DNA of 64,000 nucleotides, from the NCBI RefSeq assembly GCF_009914755.1, contig NC_060948.1. One strand, written 5' to 3'. The translations under genes and the position numbers were made by a program. This stretch comes from the human T2T-CHM13v2.0 reference genome, Homo sapiens. The notes below the pieces were generated by a model. That model saw only the letters and a list, made by a program, of their open reading frames with translations, was not told the origin of the DNA and did not search any database. Below are positions 13,929 to 28,853 of the stretch, one piece after another (positions within the stretch are counted from its first letter, which is position 1; every line of letters begins with the position of its first letter).

Positions 13929-14233
13929 TGGCCAGGTGTGGTGGCTCAAGCCTGTAATCCCAGCACTTTGGGAGGCTGAGGTTGGGGATTACCTGAGGTC
14001 AGGAATTTGAGACCAGCCTGACAAACATGGTGAAACCTTGTCTCTACTAAGAAATACAAAAATTAGCCTAGCATGGTTGTGGTCACCTGTATTCCCAGCT
14101 AAACAGTAGGCTGAGGCAGGGGAATCACTTGAGCCCAGGAGGCGGGGGTTGCAGTGAGCCAAGATCATGCCATTGCACTCCAGCCCAGGTGACAGAGCAA
14201 GACTCCATCACAAGAGAAATAAGAAAAAAAAAA
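13929..14233 (+). mobile_element. AluS
   Basis: ggccaggtgtggtggctcaagcctgtaatcccagcactttggg...; full length with tail. Confidence 0.9.
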
Positions 14234-14386
14234 GTCAAGGTGTTAGATGTACAATCTAAGTTCTTCAAGGTATAAAGTGGGAGCTGAGCTTTCTTGACTG
14301 CTTGAGATCCAGTAAGCCAGGGAAAAACAGTTTCAGAAGTGCTTGAATGTCTATTTAAATCCCTATTTTTTTCTTGGAGGTCCTAG

Positions 14387-14789
14387 GGAGAGGTGAAGCC
14401 ACCTGGACTTCCTGGATCAAGTGGGGACTTGAAAAAATTTTCTGTCTGCTAAGGGATTGTAAATGCACCAATCAGCACTCTATAAAAATGCACCAATCAG
14501 CACTCTGTATCTAGCTAAAGGATTGTAAATGCACCAATCAGCAGGACGTGGGTGGATCCAAATAAGAGAATAAAAGCTGGCCACCTCACCCAGCAGCGGC
14601 AACCTGCTTGGGTCACCTTCCATACTGTGGAAGATTTTTCTTTCACTCTTCACAATAAATGTTGCTGCTGCTCACTCTTTGGGTCCACACCATCTTTACA
14701 AGCTGTAACACTCACCACGAAGGTCTGCGGCTTCATTCTTGAAGTCAGCGAGACCAAGAACCCACAAGAAGGAATAAATTCCAGACAGG
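14387..14789 (+). promoter_or_regulatory. 5' LTR12 (LTR12F-like) with three CCAAT repeats and an AATAAA
   Basis: gcaccaatcagca occurs three times at ~14465-14545, followed by gagaataaaagctgg. The LTR ends ...aattccagaca. Confidence 0.85.
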
Positions 14790-14792
14790 TTA

Positions 14793-14810
14793 TGGTGACC
14801 ACAAAGGGAC
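14793..14810 (+). other. Primer-binding site (tRNA-Arg type)
   Basis: tggtgaccacaaagggac lies immediately after the 5' LTR and is close to the HERV9 PBS TGGCGACCACGAAGGGAC. Confidence 0.8.
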
Positions 14811-16098
14811 TATCGCCTATCACAAAGCAGTGAGTACCATCGGACCCCTTTCACTTGTTATTCTGTCCTATTTTTCCTTAGAATTTGGATGTTACATACC
14901 AGGCACCTGTCAGCCAGTTAGAAGTGACTAGTGTGGCTGCTGGACTAAAGACACGGGTGACAGACTTTCTGGGAAAGTGCTCTGTAACAACCCCCAACTC
15001 TTCACAGTTGAGAGAATTGGTTTGCCTGGAAAGAGCTTCTGATTTCCCTGTACTTCTGGGCTGAGGTGAGGGTCAACAGAGAGGAAAACCATTCTGCTCC
15101 AGGGTCCCAAGAGCAAATTGGTTGACCCTGTGGCCATGAGCAGAACTCTCAAAGTCACGTTGCACAAGCGAGACTCACCCATCTATCCTATCTATCCTGA
15201 CCTCTGACCTTTGCACACTGGATCCTAATGCCTGTCAGACAAACTTCCTCTTGCCTCTTCTCCAAGGCTATTCCTGATTCTAAAAACCACTCCCTGTCTC
15301 TCGTGGTTTTCTAGCACCAGACAGAAAAACCACTCCCTCTCTCTGGTGCTTATCTAGAACCTATAAGAATGATTTCTGCTATAAACTCCAGGACTCTATT
15401 CCCTTCTTTAGGCACCCAGGCTCACCAATCAGAAAGACATAATTTTTGCCCAAAGCCCTGTCAGTGGTCTTGGGGGACTATCTTATCTAGAATTTTAGGA
15501 TCACTCCTCAGAATAGCAGGCCTAACAAAGCTACCCCTGAAGCTAGGATATGGGGAGCTTCAGAAATCGTATCCTTCCTATTCAAGTGAGGACAAAAGTC
15601 ATCACTCTTCCAACCCTGGAGATCCCTTCCCTCCCTCAGGTTATGGCCCTCCACTTCATTTTTGAGGCATAGCATCTTTATAGGACAGGAGTGAAGTCCC
15701 AATACTAATGAGAGAATGCTTAGGACTCTAACAGTTTTTCAAGAATGAATCAGTAAGGGCCACTAAATCTGATTTTTCTCATTCCTCTTTGTGGTCTAGG
15801 AGGACAGGAAATAGTGCAGGTTTTTGAGAGTGTGTCGGTAAGGGACAATAAATCCAACCTTCCTCGGTCCTCCTTGTGGTCTAGGAAGGAAACTAGTGTT
15901 TCTGCTGCTGCATCTGTGAGTGCAACTATTCCAATCAGCAGGGTCCAGGGACCATTGCAGGTTCTTGGGCAAGAGGTGTTTCTGCTGCTGCATCAGTGAG
16001 CACAACTATTCTGATCAGCAGGGTCCAGGGACCATTGCAGTTTCTTGGGCAGGGAGAGAAACAAACAAACCAAAACTGTGGGCAGTTTTGTCTTTCAG

Positions 16099-18835
16099 AT
16101 GGGAAACATTCAGGCATCAACAGGCTCACCATTGAAATGCATCCTAAGCCATTGGGACCAATTTGATCCACAAACCCTGAAAAAGAGGTGGCTCATTTTT
16201 TTCTGCACTATGGCCTGGCCCCAATATTCTCTCTCTGGTGGGGAAAAATGGCCACCTGAGGGCAGCATAAATTACAATACTATCCTGCAGCTTGACCTTT
16301 TCTGTAAGAGACAAGGCAAGTGGAGTGAACTACCTTATGTCCAAGCTTTGTTTTCATTGAAGGAGAATCCACAACTATGGAAAGCTTGACATTTACATCC
16401 CACAGGAGGGCCTTTCAGCTTACCCCCATATCCTAGCCTCCATATAGCTCCCCTTCCTATTAGTAAGCCTCCTCTAATCTCCTCCTCCCAGAAGGAAACA
16501 AGCAAAGAAATCTGCAAAGGACCACAAAAAACCCTGGGCTATCGATTCTGTCCCCTTCAGGCTGTAGGGGGAGGAGAATTTGGCCCAACCTGGGTACAAG
16601 TCCCCTTCTCCCTCCCTGATTTAAAGCCAATCAAGGCAGAGCTGGGGAAGTTTTCAGATGATCCTGATAGGTACATAGATGTCCTGCAGGGTCCAGGGCA
16701 AAACTTTGACCTCACTTGGACAGATGCCATGCTATTGTTAGATCAAATCCTGGCCTTTAATGAAAAGAATGTGGCTTTAGCTGCTGCCCAGGAGTTTGGA
16801 GATACCTGGCATCTTAGTCAAGTAAATGATAGAATGACAGCTGAAGAAAGGGACAAATTCCCTACCCGTAAGCAAGTCATCCCCAGTATGGAACCCCACT
16901 GGGTTCTCAACTCAGATTATTGGGACTGATTTCACACACATCTGTTGACCTGTGTTCTAGAAGGACTAAGGAGAATTAGGAAAAAGCTCATGAATGATGC
17001 AATGATGTCCATCATAACTCTGGCATAGGAAAAAAATCATTCTGCCTTCCTCGAGCAGCTACAGGAAGGAAATAGCTGTATTTCCTTAAGGAAATATTCT
17101 TACCTGTCACCTGACTCCCTCAAGAGTCAATTGATCCTGAAAGATAAGTTTATTACCCAATCAGCTGCAGATATCAGGAGAATGCTCCAAAAATCAGAGC
17201 TGGGCCCTGAACAAAATCTGGAGGCTTTAATAAACCTGGCAACCTTGGTGTTCTATTATAGGGACCAAGAGGAACTGGCCAAAAAGGAAAAGTGAGATCA
17301 GAGAAAGGCTGCAGCCTTAGTCATGGCCCTCAGATAAACAAACCTTGGTGGTTCAGAGAGGACAGAAAATGGAGCAGGCCAATTGCATGGTAGGGTTTCT
17401 TACCAGTGTGGTTTGCAAGGGCACCTTAAAACAGATTGTCCCACAAGAAACAAGCTGCCTTCTTGCCCATGTCCACTATGCCAAAACAATCACTGGAAGG
17501 CTCACTGCCCCAGAGGACAAAGGTTCTCTAGGCCAGAGGCCCCCAACCAGATGCTCCAACAACAGGCAGGAGGGTGCCTGGGACAAGCACCAGCTCATGT
17601 CATCAGCCTCACTGAGCCCCAGGTACATTTAACTGTGGAGGACCAGGAAATTGACTTCCTCCTGGACACTGGTGCAGCCTTCTCAGTGTTAATCTCCTGT
17701 CCTGGACAGCTTTCCTCAAGGTCCGTTACCATCTAAGGAATCCTGGGATGGCCTGTAACCAGGTGTTTCTCCCACTTATTCAGTTGTAATTGGGAGACTT
17801 TTCTCTTTTCACATGCTTTTCTTGTTATGCCTGAACGACTCATACTTTATTAGGGAGGGACATACTGGCCAAAGCTGGCACTATTGTCTACATGAATATG
17901 GGGAAAAAGTTACCCATTTCTTGTCCCCTGCTTGAGGAGGTAGTCAACCCTGAAGTCTGGGGGATTAGAAGAAACAAACTCAAGCTCCAGCCTTAAGCCT
18001 TCCCACAGGACAAAACTTCTCTTTATATGTCACAGAAAGAGTAAGAATAGCTCTTAGAGTCCTTACTCAAACTCTTGGGACAACCACACAACCAGTGGCA
18101 TACATAAGTAAGGAAATTGATGTAGTAGCAAAAGGCCATCCTCACTGTTTACTGGTAGTAGTGGTGGTGGCCATCTTAGTGTCAGAGGCTATCAAAATAA
18201 TTCAAGGAAAGGATCTCACTGTCTGGACTACTGATGATGTAAATGGCACACTAGGTGACAAAGGAAGTTTATGGCTATCAGATGACAGCTTGCTTAGATA
18301 GGAGGTACTACTCTTTGAGGGACATATGCTTCAAATATGCATATGTGCAGGCCTCAACCATGCCATTTTTCTCCTAGAGGATGGGAAACACTAATCGAGC
18401 ATGACTGCCAACAAATTAAAGTCCAAAATTATGCCTCCCAAGAAGATCTCTTAGAAGTCCCCTTAGTTAATCCTGACCTTAACCTATATACCAATGAAAG
18501 TTCATTTGTGGAGAATGGGATATGAAGGTCAGGTTATGCCATAATTAGGGGTGTAACAGTACTTGAAAGCAAGCCTCTTCACCAGAGACCAGCCCCCAGT
18601 TAACAGAACTAGTGGCACTTACCCAAGCATTTGAACTGGGAAAGGGAAGAATAAATGTGTATATGGATAGTAAATATGCTTATCTAATCCTACATGCCCA
18701 TCCTGCAATATGGAAAGAAAATGAATTCCTAACCTCTGGAGAAACCTCCATTAAATATCATGAGGAAACCATGGAGTTATTGAATGCTGTGCAAAAGTCC
18801 AAGGAGGTGGCAGTCTTACACTGCCAAAGCCATCA
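16099..18835 (+). pseudogene. HERV9 gag-pro-pol remnants (in-frame stops; most of RT and the integrase deleted)
   Basis: Matrix [29 protein letters not shown]...[19 protein letters not shown]; zinc knuckle YQCGLQGHLKTDC; protease FLLDTGA; RNase H INVYMDSKYAYLILHAH. The sequence jumps at ~17960 from early RT to the connection region. Confidence 0.88.
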
Positions 18836-19899
18836 TAAGTGGAAGGAGAGGGGAGAACAGCAGCATGAATGGCTGGCAGCGTCAGAGAAAGACCAACAGA
18901 CAGGAAAGAAACAGAGAGACAGAGGAAGAGACAGAAAGTCAGGAGAGAGAGAGAGAGAGAGAGAGAGGAAGGGACACACAAAGAGGGATTCAGAGAGAAA
19001 GAAAGAGAAAGAGAGAGACAAAGTCAAAGACAGAAGGAAAGAGAGGAAGAGACAGACAAAGAAAGAGTCAAAGAGAGAGAAAGAGACAGACAGTTAGAAA
19101 GAGACAAAGAGAGGAAGAGATAGGCAAAGAGGGAGTCAGAGAGAAAGAAAAAGAGACAAAGTCAAATACAGAAGGGAAGAGAGAGACAAAGTCAAATACA
19201 TAAGGGAAGAGAGAGAGGAAGAGACAAACAAAGAAGGAGCCAAAGAGAGGGAAAGAGATAGAAGTGGTAAAGAAAAAACAGTGTACCCTATTCCTTTAAA
19301 AGCCAGGGTAAATTTAAAACCTATAATTGATAATTGAAGGTCTTCTCAATGACCCGGTAACACACCAATACCACCTTGTTGTCAGTGTAAACAAGGGCAT
19401 AGCCTGAAATCACTAAGGCTACTGACAACCCCTAGCCCTCCTATTAAAAATGTTAAACACGGCAGGTTTCCTAACAGGGGATCTAAGTCTTAACTAATTA
19501 CCATACAAAAGTCCAACCAGACCTATGAGGAGCTCCCTTCAGGACAGGATGATAGATAGTTCTTTCCAGGCAATTAAGGGGAAAAGACAGAATGGGTATT
19601 CAGTAAGTGATAAGGGAACACTTGTAGAAGCAATTAGGAAAATTACCTAATAATTTGTCTGCTCAAACATGACAGCTGTTTTCACTCAGTCAAACCTTAA
19701 TGTACTTACAGAATCAGGAAGGAGCCATCTATACAATTTCTAAGTTAATAGGGACTGAATGAGGTCTTATTAATAGCAAAGAATAATTGAAATCCCAAAA
19801 TTAGAAGGTTTTCAACGAAAGTAAAATTTGCTAAAAGTTAGCAGTGTAACATGTTTTATCCTACTACCTCACACTCTCAAAGGATTTCTCAGACAGTTT

Positions 19900-20330
19900 G
19901 TGAAAAATAACAAAATCTATCCTTTCTCTGCAATCCAAAATAGACTCTTTGGCAGCAGTGACTCTCCAAAACTGCCAAGGCCTAGACTTCCTCACTGCTG
20001 AGAAAGGAAAGCTCTACAACCAGTCAGGGATAGTATAAGATGCCGCCCGGCATTTAAAGGAAAAGGCTTCTGAAATCAGACAATTCCTTTCAAACTCTTA
20101 TACCAAATTCTGGTGTTGGGCATTATGACTTCTTCCCTTTCCAGGTCCCAGGACAGCCATCTTGCTATTACTCGCCTTCAGGCCCTGTATTTTTAACCAC
20201 CTTGTCATATTTATTTCCTATAGGATCGAGGTTACAGGTGGTCTTACAAATGGAACCCCAAATGAGCTCAACTAACAACTTCTACCAAAGACCTTGGATC
20301 ATCCCTCTGGCCCTTTGGCTGGCCTAGAGA
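19900..20330 (+). pseudogene. HERV9 env TM remnant
   Basis: ~19940-20010 translates as DSLAAVTLQNCQGLDFLTAEKG, matching the immunosuppressive domain LQNRRGLDLLTAEKG. Confidence 0.75.
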
Positions 20331-20436
20331 GTTCCCCTGTAGAGGACACTAACACTGGAGGGCCCCTTCTTCACCTCTACCCAGCAGGAAGTAGCTAGAG
20401 TGGTCATTGCCCAATTCCCAACAGCAGTTGGGGCAT

Positions 20437-21390
<954 letters not shown>

Positions 21391-21394
21391 ATAT

Positions 21395-21706
21395 GCCCAA
21401 CTCAGTGTTTCAAGGCTATAATCACAACACGTTCAGAGGCCAAGGAAGGAGGACACTTAAACCTCAGAGTCTGAGACCAACCTGAACAATATATCCAAAG
21501 CATTGTCCTTACCACACACACACAAACACAAAAGTGGGGCACAGTGGTGTGTGTCTATAATTCTATCTACTTGGGAGGCTGAAATGGAAGTCTCACTTAT
21601 TTGAACCCAGGAGTTCAAGGCTGCAGTGAGGTACGATGGTGCCAATGCAGTCCAGGCTGGACAACAGAGTGAGACCCTGTGTCTAAAAAAAAAAAAAAAA
21701 AAAAAA
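21395..21706 (+). mobile_element. Old Alu with CA-repeat linker
   Basis: Diverged two-arm Alu ending in gagtgagaccctgtgtct(A)n. Confidence 0.7.
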
Positions 21707-21754
21707 GTGCTTGAAATGAAGGATAAGCTATGTATTATTTATATATTTGTTGAT

Positions 21755-22045
21755 TTTGATTTGGAGTCTTGCTCTGTCACTCAGGCTACAGTGCAAGGTG
21801 CAATATCAGCTCACTTCAGCCTTAGGCCCACAGGGTCAAAAAATTGTCCTGCCTGAGCCTCCCAATTAACTATAACATACTACAAGCATGGGCCGTCAAG
21901 CCCAGATAATTTTTTTTATTTCAGGTAGAAATAGGGTTTCATAGTGTTGGCCAGGTTTGTCTCAAACCCCTGACCTAAAGTGATCTGCAAGTCTCAGCCT
22001 CCCAAAGTGCTGGAATTAAAAGACTGAGCCATCACACCTGGACAG
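21755..22045 (-). mobile_element. Alu (AluS-like)
   Basis: ggagtcttgctctgtcact...cagcctcccaaagtgctggaatta. Confidence 0.85.
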
Positions 22046-22322
22046 TAACATACACAAGACTAGGGAGTTTTATCTTTTCACTTCGTCCTCACAATACTAC
22101 ATTATAGGTGAATGAAAACACAACTTCATAACATGAAGAACTCACTTGAAATTCAAAGTTGGTAACTTCTGTCTTTAAAATTATTTCCACACTTACCCTC
22201 TAAAAATTGATGATCTTGTCAAAATTTTACGAAGAAAATGCTTCCTCCTTGCAGATTAGTATGTTAATTGTAAGAATTATGGACTGTAAAACTTCTGGAA
22301 CTTCATGTATTTCATTTCTTTA

Positions 22323-22705
<383 letters not shown>

Positions 22706-23058
22706 AGATCAAAGAGGGGAAGGGGGTGGGTTAAATTGTGGTTGCTTAGAAGGAATACAATCTAGTGTTCAGTAGCCCAGGATGATTACACTTAATAATG
22801 ATTTATTGTATATCTGAGAAGAATTAAAACAGCGAAGGTGGAATGTCACTCATACTAATAAGTGATATGCCAGACTCAGTGGCTCACAGCTATAATCACA
22901 ACACATTGTGAGGCCAAGGAAGGAGGATCACTTAAGACTGGAAGACCAGTCTGAACAATATATGGAAGCATTGTCCCTACCACACACACACACAAACACA
23001 AGAGCTGAGCATGGTGGTGTGTGTCTGTAATTCCAGCTAAGTGGGATTTTTCTTTTAC

Positions 23059-23172
23059 CTATCCTTAATTCCATAACCACCATCTCTTGACAACATATGG
23101 TCATTTCTCCATGAAGTGATTGGCTTCTCGAGTGGAGGACCTCCATAATTCTCTCTTCCATTAAATTTAATG
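23059..23172 (-). pseudogene. RBMY: RBMY-family pseudo-exon
   Basis: The minus strand encodes [33 protein letters not shown] (RBMY: [33 protein letters not shown]). It is flanked by ttttag and gtaaaag splice sites; 114 bp. Confidence 0.88.
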
Positions 23173-24464
23173 CTAAAATGAAGGAACATAATGTAAGAAC
23201 ACCAAATCTGAAACATTATTTTCTCTTCTCTCAAACAACTTTTTAAAATTATTTCTTCTATGTCTCCACTCTTTTTTCCCTAAATTACTAGAAAATCATG
23301 ACACTGTGAATGTTTCTTATGGCTTTGGATAATCCCATGGCTCCTGCAAGGCTAGTTCTAACAAAGCTGATGGCAGACATAAATTCTTTGGTAAAGGTTC
23401 ATTTGTAATAGTTAATTACAACTTAGTTATGATTTTCCTTTTTATATGAATTACTGATGACTACTAATGACACATGGAAAAATGTAAAACCATCAAACTC
23501 TTCACTGATTTTCAAATTTACATACATTGTCCTTTCTCAGCTGAAGAAGGTAAATTTTCCCATGCTGTTCAGTCCATCTCACACACACAAATACTGCTAC
23601 CTTTGAATGACTGCATGCTAAACTTTTACATAAAATTTCTCCTTTATCTCTAAGTGGTTGGCTTTATCATAAATGTTGACAAATTAAAGTATACTAGTGA
23701 ATATTTTCTAACGATGACCAAGATTTACTTATACTGCAATAAGCAATACTGTTAAAGGGATCATGACAACATTGTTGTTATTTCAAAATAGAAAAGACTC
23801 TCCTTTAATATACTCTTCACGTGCTATTACTTAGAGGTCCACCTTTCACTTATGATATGTTCACCAGCTAATTTTCCTATGGAAATGTGTTGGCTTGTGT
23901 ATCCTGAATTCAATAAATACCTAACTTCACTGATACTCTACACATGAAATGTTAAATTTAAAATGGCAGTTTTCAATTTCCTCCATATTAGGATGGAGGA
24001 ATAAGTAACAATTTTATTTTGTTCTGCTAAAAGTCATCGCTAAGAACTTTGATTTATTGTCTTGCTTTCTTCTGTTCAGTCTGCAATCTTACAATTCTCC
24101 TTCTCAAAAATATTATTTCTATTCAATCCTACTGCTCAACTCATGTTGCTTAGTTCTAAATTCTCTCCTCAAATAATTTTAAATCTTACACTAAGGTCTT
24201 GTGTTAATGTTTAAACATCCAGGTACAATCTTAATTATTGATTTACATTCCATTGTATTTCACAACTCTGCACTTCTGTGATATCCACTTAATTTAAGAA
24301 TATTAGACTCCTTCATGTTTACCTTTGAAGCCTTAAATTTATTTTTAAATAATATTTAAGCCCAGTGCCTCTTTTTCTGCCAAATGCTCTTGTAGTTTTT
24401 TTGAACCTTTATATAAGCATTAAAAATGCCTTGTGCATAAGAAATATTGAGGTCTCGGAACCGA

Positions 24465-24745
24465 GATGCCAGGCTCACTGGCCCACACTGTGGGCCAGTG
24501 TAGAAGTCTGAGGCACCTGGATTGCTTGAGCCTAAGACTTTAATGTCAGTTTTGATAATGTGGTGAGATCCTCTCTCTACAAAAATATAGGGAAAAAATT
24601 TAGCTAGATGTGGTGGTGCATGCCTGTAGTTGCAGCAACTGAGAAAGCTGAAACAGGACAATTGCTTGAGCCCAGGAATTTGAGGGTGTAGTAAGCCATC
24701 ATCTCACCTATGCACTCTGACCTGGGAAGAGTAAGCCTCCATCCT
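24465..24745 (+). mobile_element. Old Alu (AluJ-like)
   Basis: ggattgcttgagccta...ggtggtgcatgcctgtagttgcagc...ttgcttgagcccagga. Confidence 0.7.
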
Positions 24746-25559
24746 AACGGACTAAGTTTTAATTGTTTATAAAGATTTTCTACATATTATAATCTTGCAA
24801 ATTCACATTTGTCTAAAGTAATAAAATTAACATTTCTACATGAAAGAAGTACAATTCAAGCAATAAAAGTCTGTTTAGAAAATCTAGTAAGAAACTCGAG
24901 TCATAATATGTTGGTGAGAGATAGAGATGTGGGAAGAATGGAGAGTGAACTGGGAGCAGAAATCTATCAGTAAAATATCTAAGTATAATATACATAAAAT
25001 ATTAAAAGAAAAATGATAAATGACTGTTTTTATCATTCTGTTATGAGGAAAAATTTCCAAAGCAAATCATAAAGATAAACTAAATTCCATGCAAAGAAAT
25101 TAAAATATTTACAAAATCAAAAGGTGACACATCAGGAAAATACATCATCCCTAAAATTTGTTAACATAACATTGAATTCTTACAATTCCCTTATGAAATG
25201 CTAATTTTCAGATTAGACTATGCTAAATATTAATAATCTTTAAGAATTGCATATTAAATAATATAAAAATATTTTCATATATCTACAAAAATGTAGATAT
25301 ATGCCAATTGCCAGGCGCTGTTACAAGTTAGAAGACGCACATTCTTATACAACGCAGAGTGTAATTGAACCCCACCCTCCAGATCAATGGAGATGAAATA
25401 ATCACGAAGCTGTGTATCTTAAAATGGAGGAAACACTGTAATTTCAACTTTAAAAAACATCTCCAATTAATAAAAAATCTGGTTATTAAAACTCGAAATT
25501 AAATAGTATATTTTTGAAGGTTGGTTAATAGATAATACAAGTTAACCAATGGGTTAATT

Positions 25560-25925
25560 TATTTGTTTATTTATTGAGATGGACTATTGCCCTATCCCCC
25601 AGGCTAGAGTACAATGGCATTATCTTGGCTCACTGCAGCTTCCAACTCCGTATTTCCAGTGATTCTCCTGCCTCAGCCTCCTGAGTACCTGGGAGTAGAG
25701 CTGTAAGGCACCATGCCAGGCTAATTTTTTGTATCTTTAGGAGAGACAGGTTTTCATCATGTTGGCCAGGCTTGTGTGGAACTCTTGACCTCTTGGTCCA
25801 TCTGTCCCATATTTCCCAAGTGCTGAGATGACAGGCATGAGCCACCTCACCCAGCCCATGATATAGATAGATAGATAGATGATAGATAGCTAGATAGATA
25901 GATAGAGATAGAGATATATAGATAT
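25560..25925 (-). mobile_element. Alu (25560-25855) followed by a (GATA)n STR
   Basis: caggctagagtacaatggc...gacaggcatgagccacc, then an atagatagat array. Confidence 0.85.
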
Positions 25926-26669
25926 ATCTATGTATCTATATATATTTTATATATATGTAAAATACATGATTTGATTTTCTTTTTTATGTAAAAATTGACC
26001 CCTTATTTCTATAGCATAAATCACTCATAAATATCATTTTCAGTGACTCAGCCTCCAGTAAAGAAAGATACTTACATACCAGTGAAGCAGTAGTTCTTAG
26101 ACACTTCCAGGGTCACAAACTCTTTTCAGAAATTAAAGCTCTACATTTCTTAAACTGAAAATGCTTTAAGGCAGTCTGATGTACAAACTCTCTGTATCAA
26201 AATTACTAAGCAATTGACTTGCACAGATGTTTGCACATGAATACACAAAAAAACAAATATTGCAAAATCAATCTTAAGTACTGAGATACTTTTTCCTATT
26301 TGAAAGTTTTAAATATTCCATTGTATTTTGATGATAAAACCGATATGAAGTTCTGGGCCCCAGAGTAGAAAACGCTAAAGTATAATGAATATAAATGACT
26401 TCTTCAGAAAACCGGTTTACAGGCAATCAGCATTCATAAAATCAATTCTGTTTGAAATTTGCCTTATTTCAATGCAAAGTTATTACACTTTTAAAATGAA
26501 TTTTAGATATTAATTCAATCATTCTTATAATAAACCTTTGCTAGTTAGAAATAAATGAATAATAAATGTTCTGTTCATAAAGATAATAAATAAAATTGAG
26601 AAATTTTGATATCTTCAAACTTATTTTCTTTCAGTCTTATGGTTCCACCTTCATATTTTAAAACATTAC

Positions 26670-26845
26670 CCAAGTGCCCTTCATGTGAAGGCAGCCACCC
26701 TCCTGTTCCTCCACTACTTCCTCTTGCAGATCTTAGACTTCCTGAAGGGCTTCTGTTTCTTGAAGAAGGTGGTGGTATCTGCTAACCACCACTTTGAAAA
26801 TGGTTTCTTGGCTTATTCTACTTTTATTGCTTTTCCATCCAAACA
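26670..26845 (-). pseudogene. RBMY: RBMY-family pseudo-exon (end of RRM plus RG-rich linker)
   Basis: Minus strand: LDGKAIKVE*AKKP, a frameshift, then [42 protein letters not shown]. The donor gtaatg is intact, and the acceptor AG is mutated to AA. Confidence 0.9.
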
Positions 26846-26990
26846 TTAAAAGTAGTAAGGGTACTATCAATAACATTGGCACATTTAACCTAAGCACATT
26901 TTACAAACATTTTTACGTCAACTACAGTTCATAGTTAATTAGGTGATAGGGAGATATTGGAAGAAGTATTTTTGAAGTCACATGTCTTTA

Positions 26991-28853
26991 TTTTTTTTTA
27001 ATTATACTTTAAGTTTTAGGGTACAAGTACACAGCGTGAAACTTTGTTACATATGTATACATGTGCCATATTGGTGTGCTGCACCCATTAACTCTTCATT
27101 TAGCATTAGGTATATCTCCTAATGCCATCCCTCCCCCCTCTCCCCTCCCCCCACTCCACAACAAGCCCCGGTGTGTGATGTTCCCCACCCTCTGTCCAAG
27201 TGTTCTCATTGTTCAATTCCCACCTATGAGTGAGAAAATGCGGTGTTTGGTTTTTTGTCCTTGTGATAGTTTGCTGAGAATGATGGTTTCCAGCTTCATC
27301 CATGTCTCTACAAAGGACATGAACTCATCATTTTTTAAGGCTGCATAGTATTCCGTGGTGTAAATGTGCCACATTTTCTTAATCCAGTCTATCATTGTTG
27401 GATATTTGGTTTGGTTCCAAGTCTTTGCTATTGTGAATAATGCCGCAGTAAACAAATGTGTGCATGTGTCTTTATAGCAGCATGATTTACAATCCTTTGG
27501 GTATATACACAGTAATGGGATGGCTGGGTCAAATGGTATTTCTAGTTCTAGATCCCTGAGGAATCGCCACACTGTCTTCCACAATGGTTAAACTAGTTTA
27601 CAGTCCCACCAACAGTGTAAAAGTGTTCCTATTTCTCCACATACTCTCCAGCACCTGTTGTTTCCTGACTTTTTAATAATCACCATTCTAACTGGTGTGA
27701 GATGGTATCTCATTGTGGTTTTGATTCGCATTTCTCTGATGGCCAGTGATGATGAGCATTTTTTCTTGTGTCTGTTGGCTGCATAAATGTCTTCTTTTGA
27801 GAAGTATCTGTTCATATCCTTCACCCACTTTTTGATGGTTTTGTTTGTTTTTTTCTTGTAAATTCGTTTGAGTTCATTGTAGATTATCGATATTAGTCCT
27901 TTGTCAGATGAGTAGATTGCAAAAATTTTCTCCCATTCTGTAGGTTGCCTGTTCACTCTAATGGTAGTTTATTTTGCTGTGCAGAAGCTCTTTAGTTTAA
28001 TTAGATCCCATTTGTCAATTTTGGCTTTTGTTGCCATTGCTTTTGGTGTTTTAGACATGAAGTCCTTGCCCACTCCTATGTCCTGAATAGTATTGCCTAG
28101 GTTTTCTTCTACAGTTTTTATGGTTTTAGGTCTAACATTTAAGTCTTTAATCCCTCTTGAATTAATTTTTGTAGAAGGTGTAAAGAAGGGATCTAGTTTC
28201 AGCTTTCTACATATGGCTAGCCAGTTTTCCCAGCACCATTTATTAAATAGGGAATCCTTTCCCCTTTGCTTGTTGTTGTCAGGTTTTTCAAAGATCAGAT
28301 AGTTGTAGATATGCAGCATTGTTTCTGATGGCTCTGTTCTGTTCCATTGGTCTATATCTCTTTTTTGGTACCAGTAACATGCTATTTTGGTTACTGTAGC
28401 CTTGTAGTATAGTTTGAAGTCAGGTAGTATGATGCCTCCTGCTTTGTTCTTTTGGCTTAGCATACAAAATCAATGTGCAAAAATCAAAGCACTCTTATAC
28501 AACAATAACAGACAGAGAGCCAAATCATGAGTGAACTCCCATTCACAATTGCTTCAAAGAGAATAAAATACCTAGGAATCCAACTTACAAGGGACTTGAA
28601 GGAACTCCTCAAGGAGAACTACAAACCACTGCTCAATGAAATTAAAGAGGATACAAACAAATGGAAGGACATTCCATGCTCATGGATAGGAATAATCAAT
28701 ATCATGAAAATGGCCATACTGCCCAAGGTAATTTATAGATTCAATGGCATCCCCATCAAGCTACCAATGACTTTCTTCACAGAACTGGAAAAAACTACTT
28801 TAAAGTTCATATGGAACCAAAAAAGCCTGCATTGCCAAGTCAATCCTAAGCCA
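26991..28853 (-). mobile_element. 5'-truncated L1PA with twin-priming inversion (antisense 26991-~28462, sense ~28462-28853)
   Basis: ORF2 C-terminal peptides on both strands meet at ...[14 protein letters not shown]. Poly(T) at the left end. TSD gaagtca(ca/ag)tgtcttta at ~26974 and ~28854. Confidence 0.93.

Noticed and set aside
18612-19270. RNase H fused to a long charged (ERK-rich) tail
   Set aside because: This is read-through into a GA-rich low-complexity tract in the deleted provirus.
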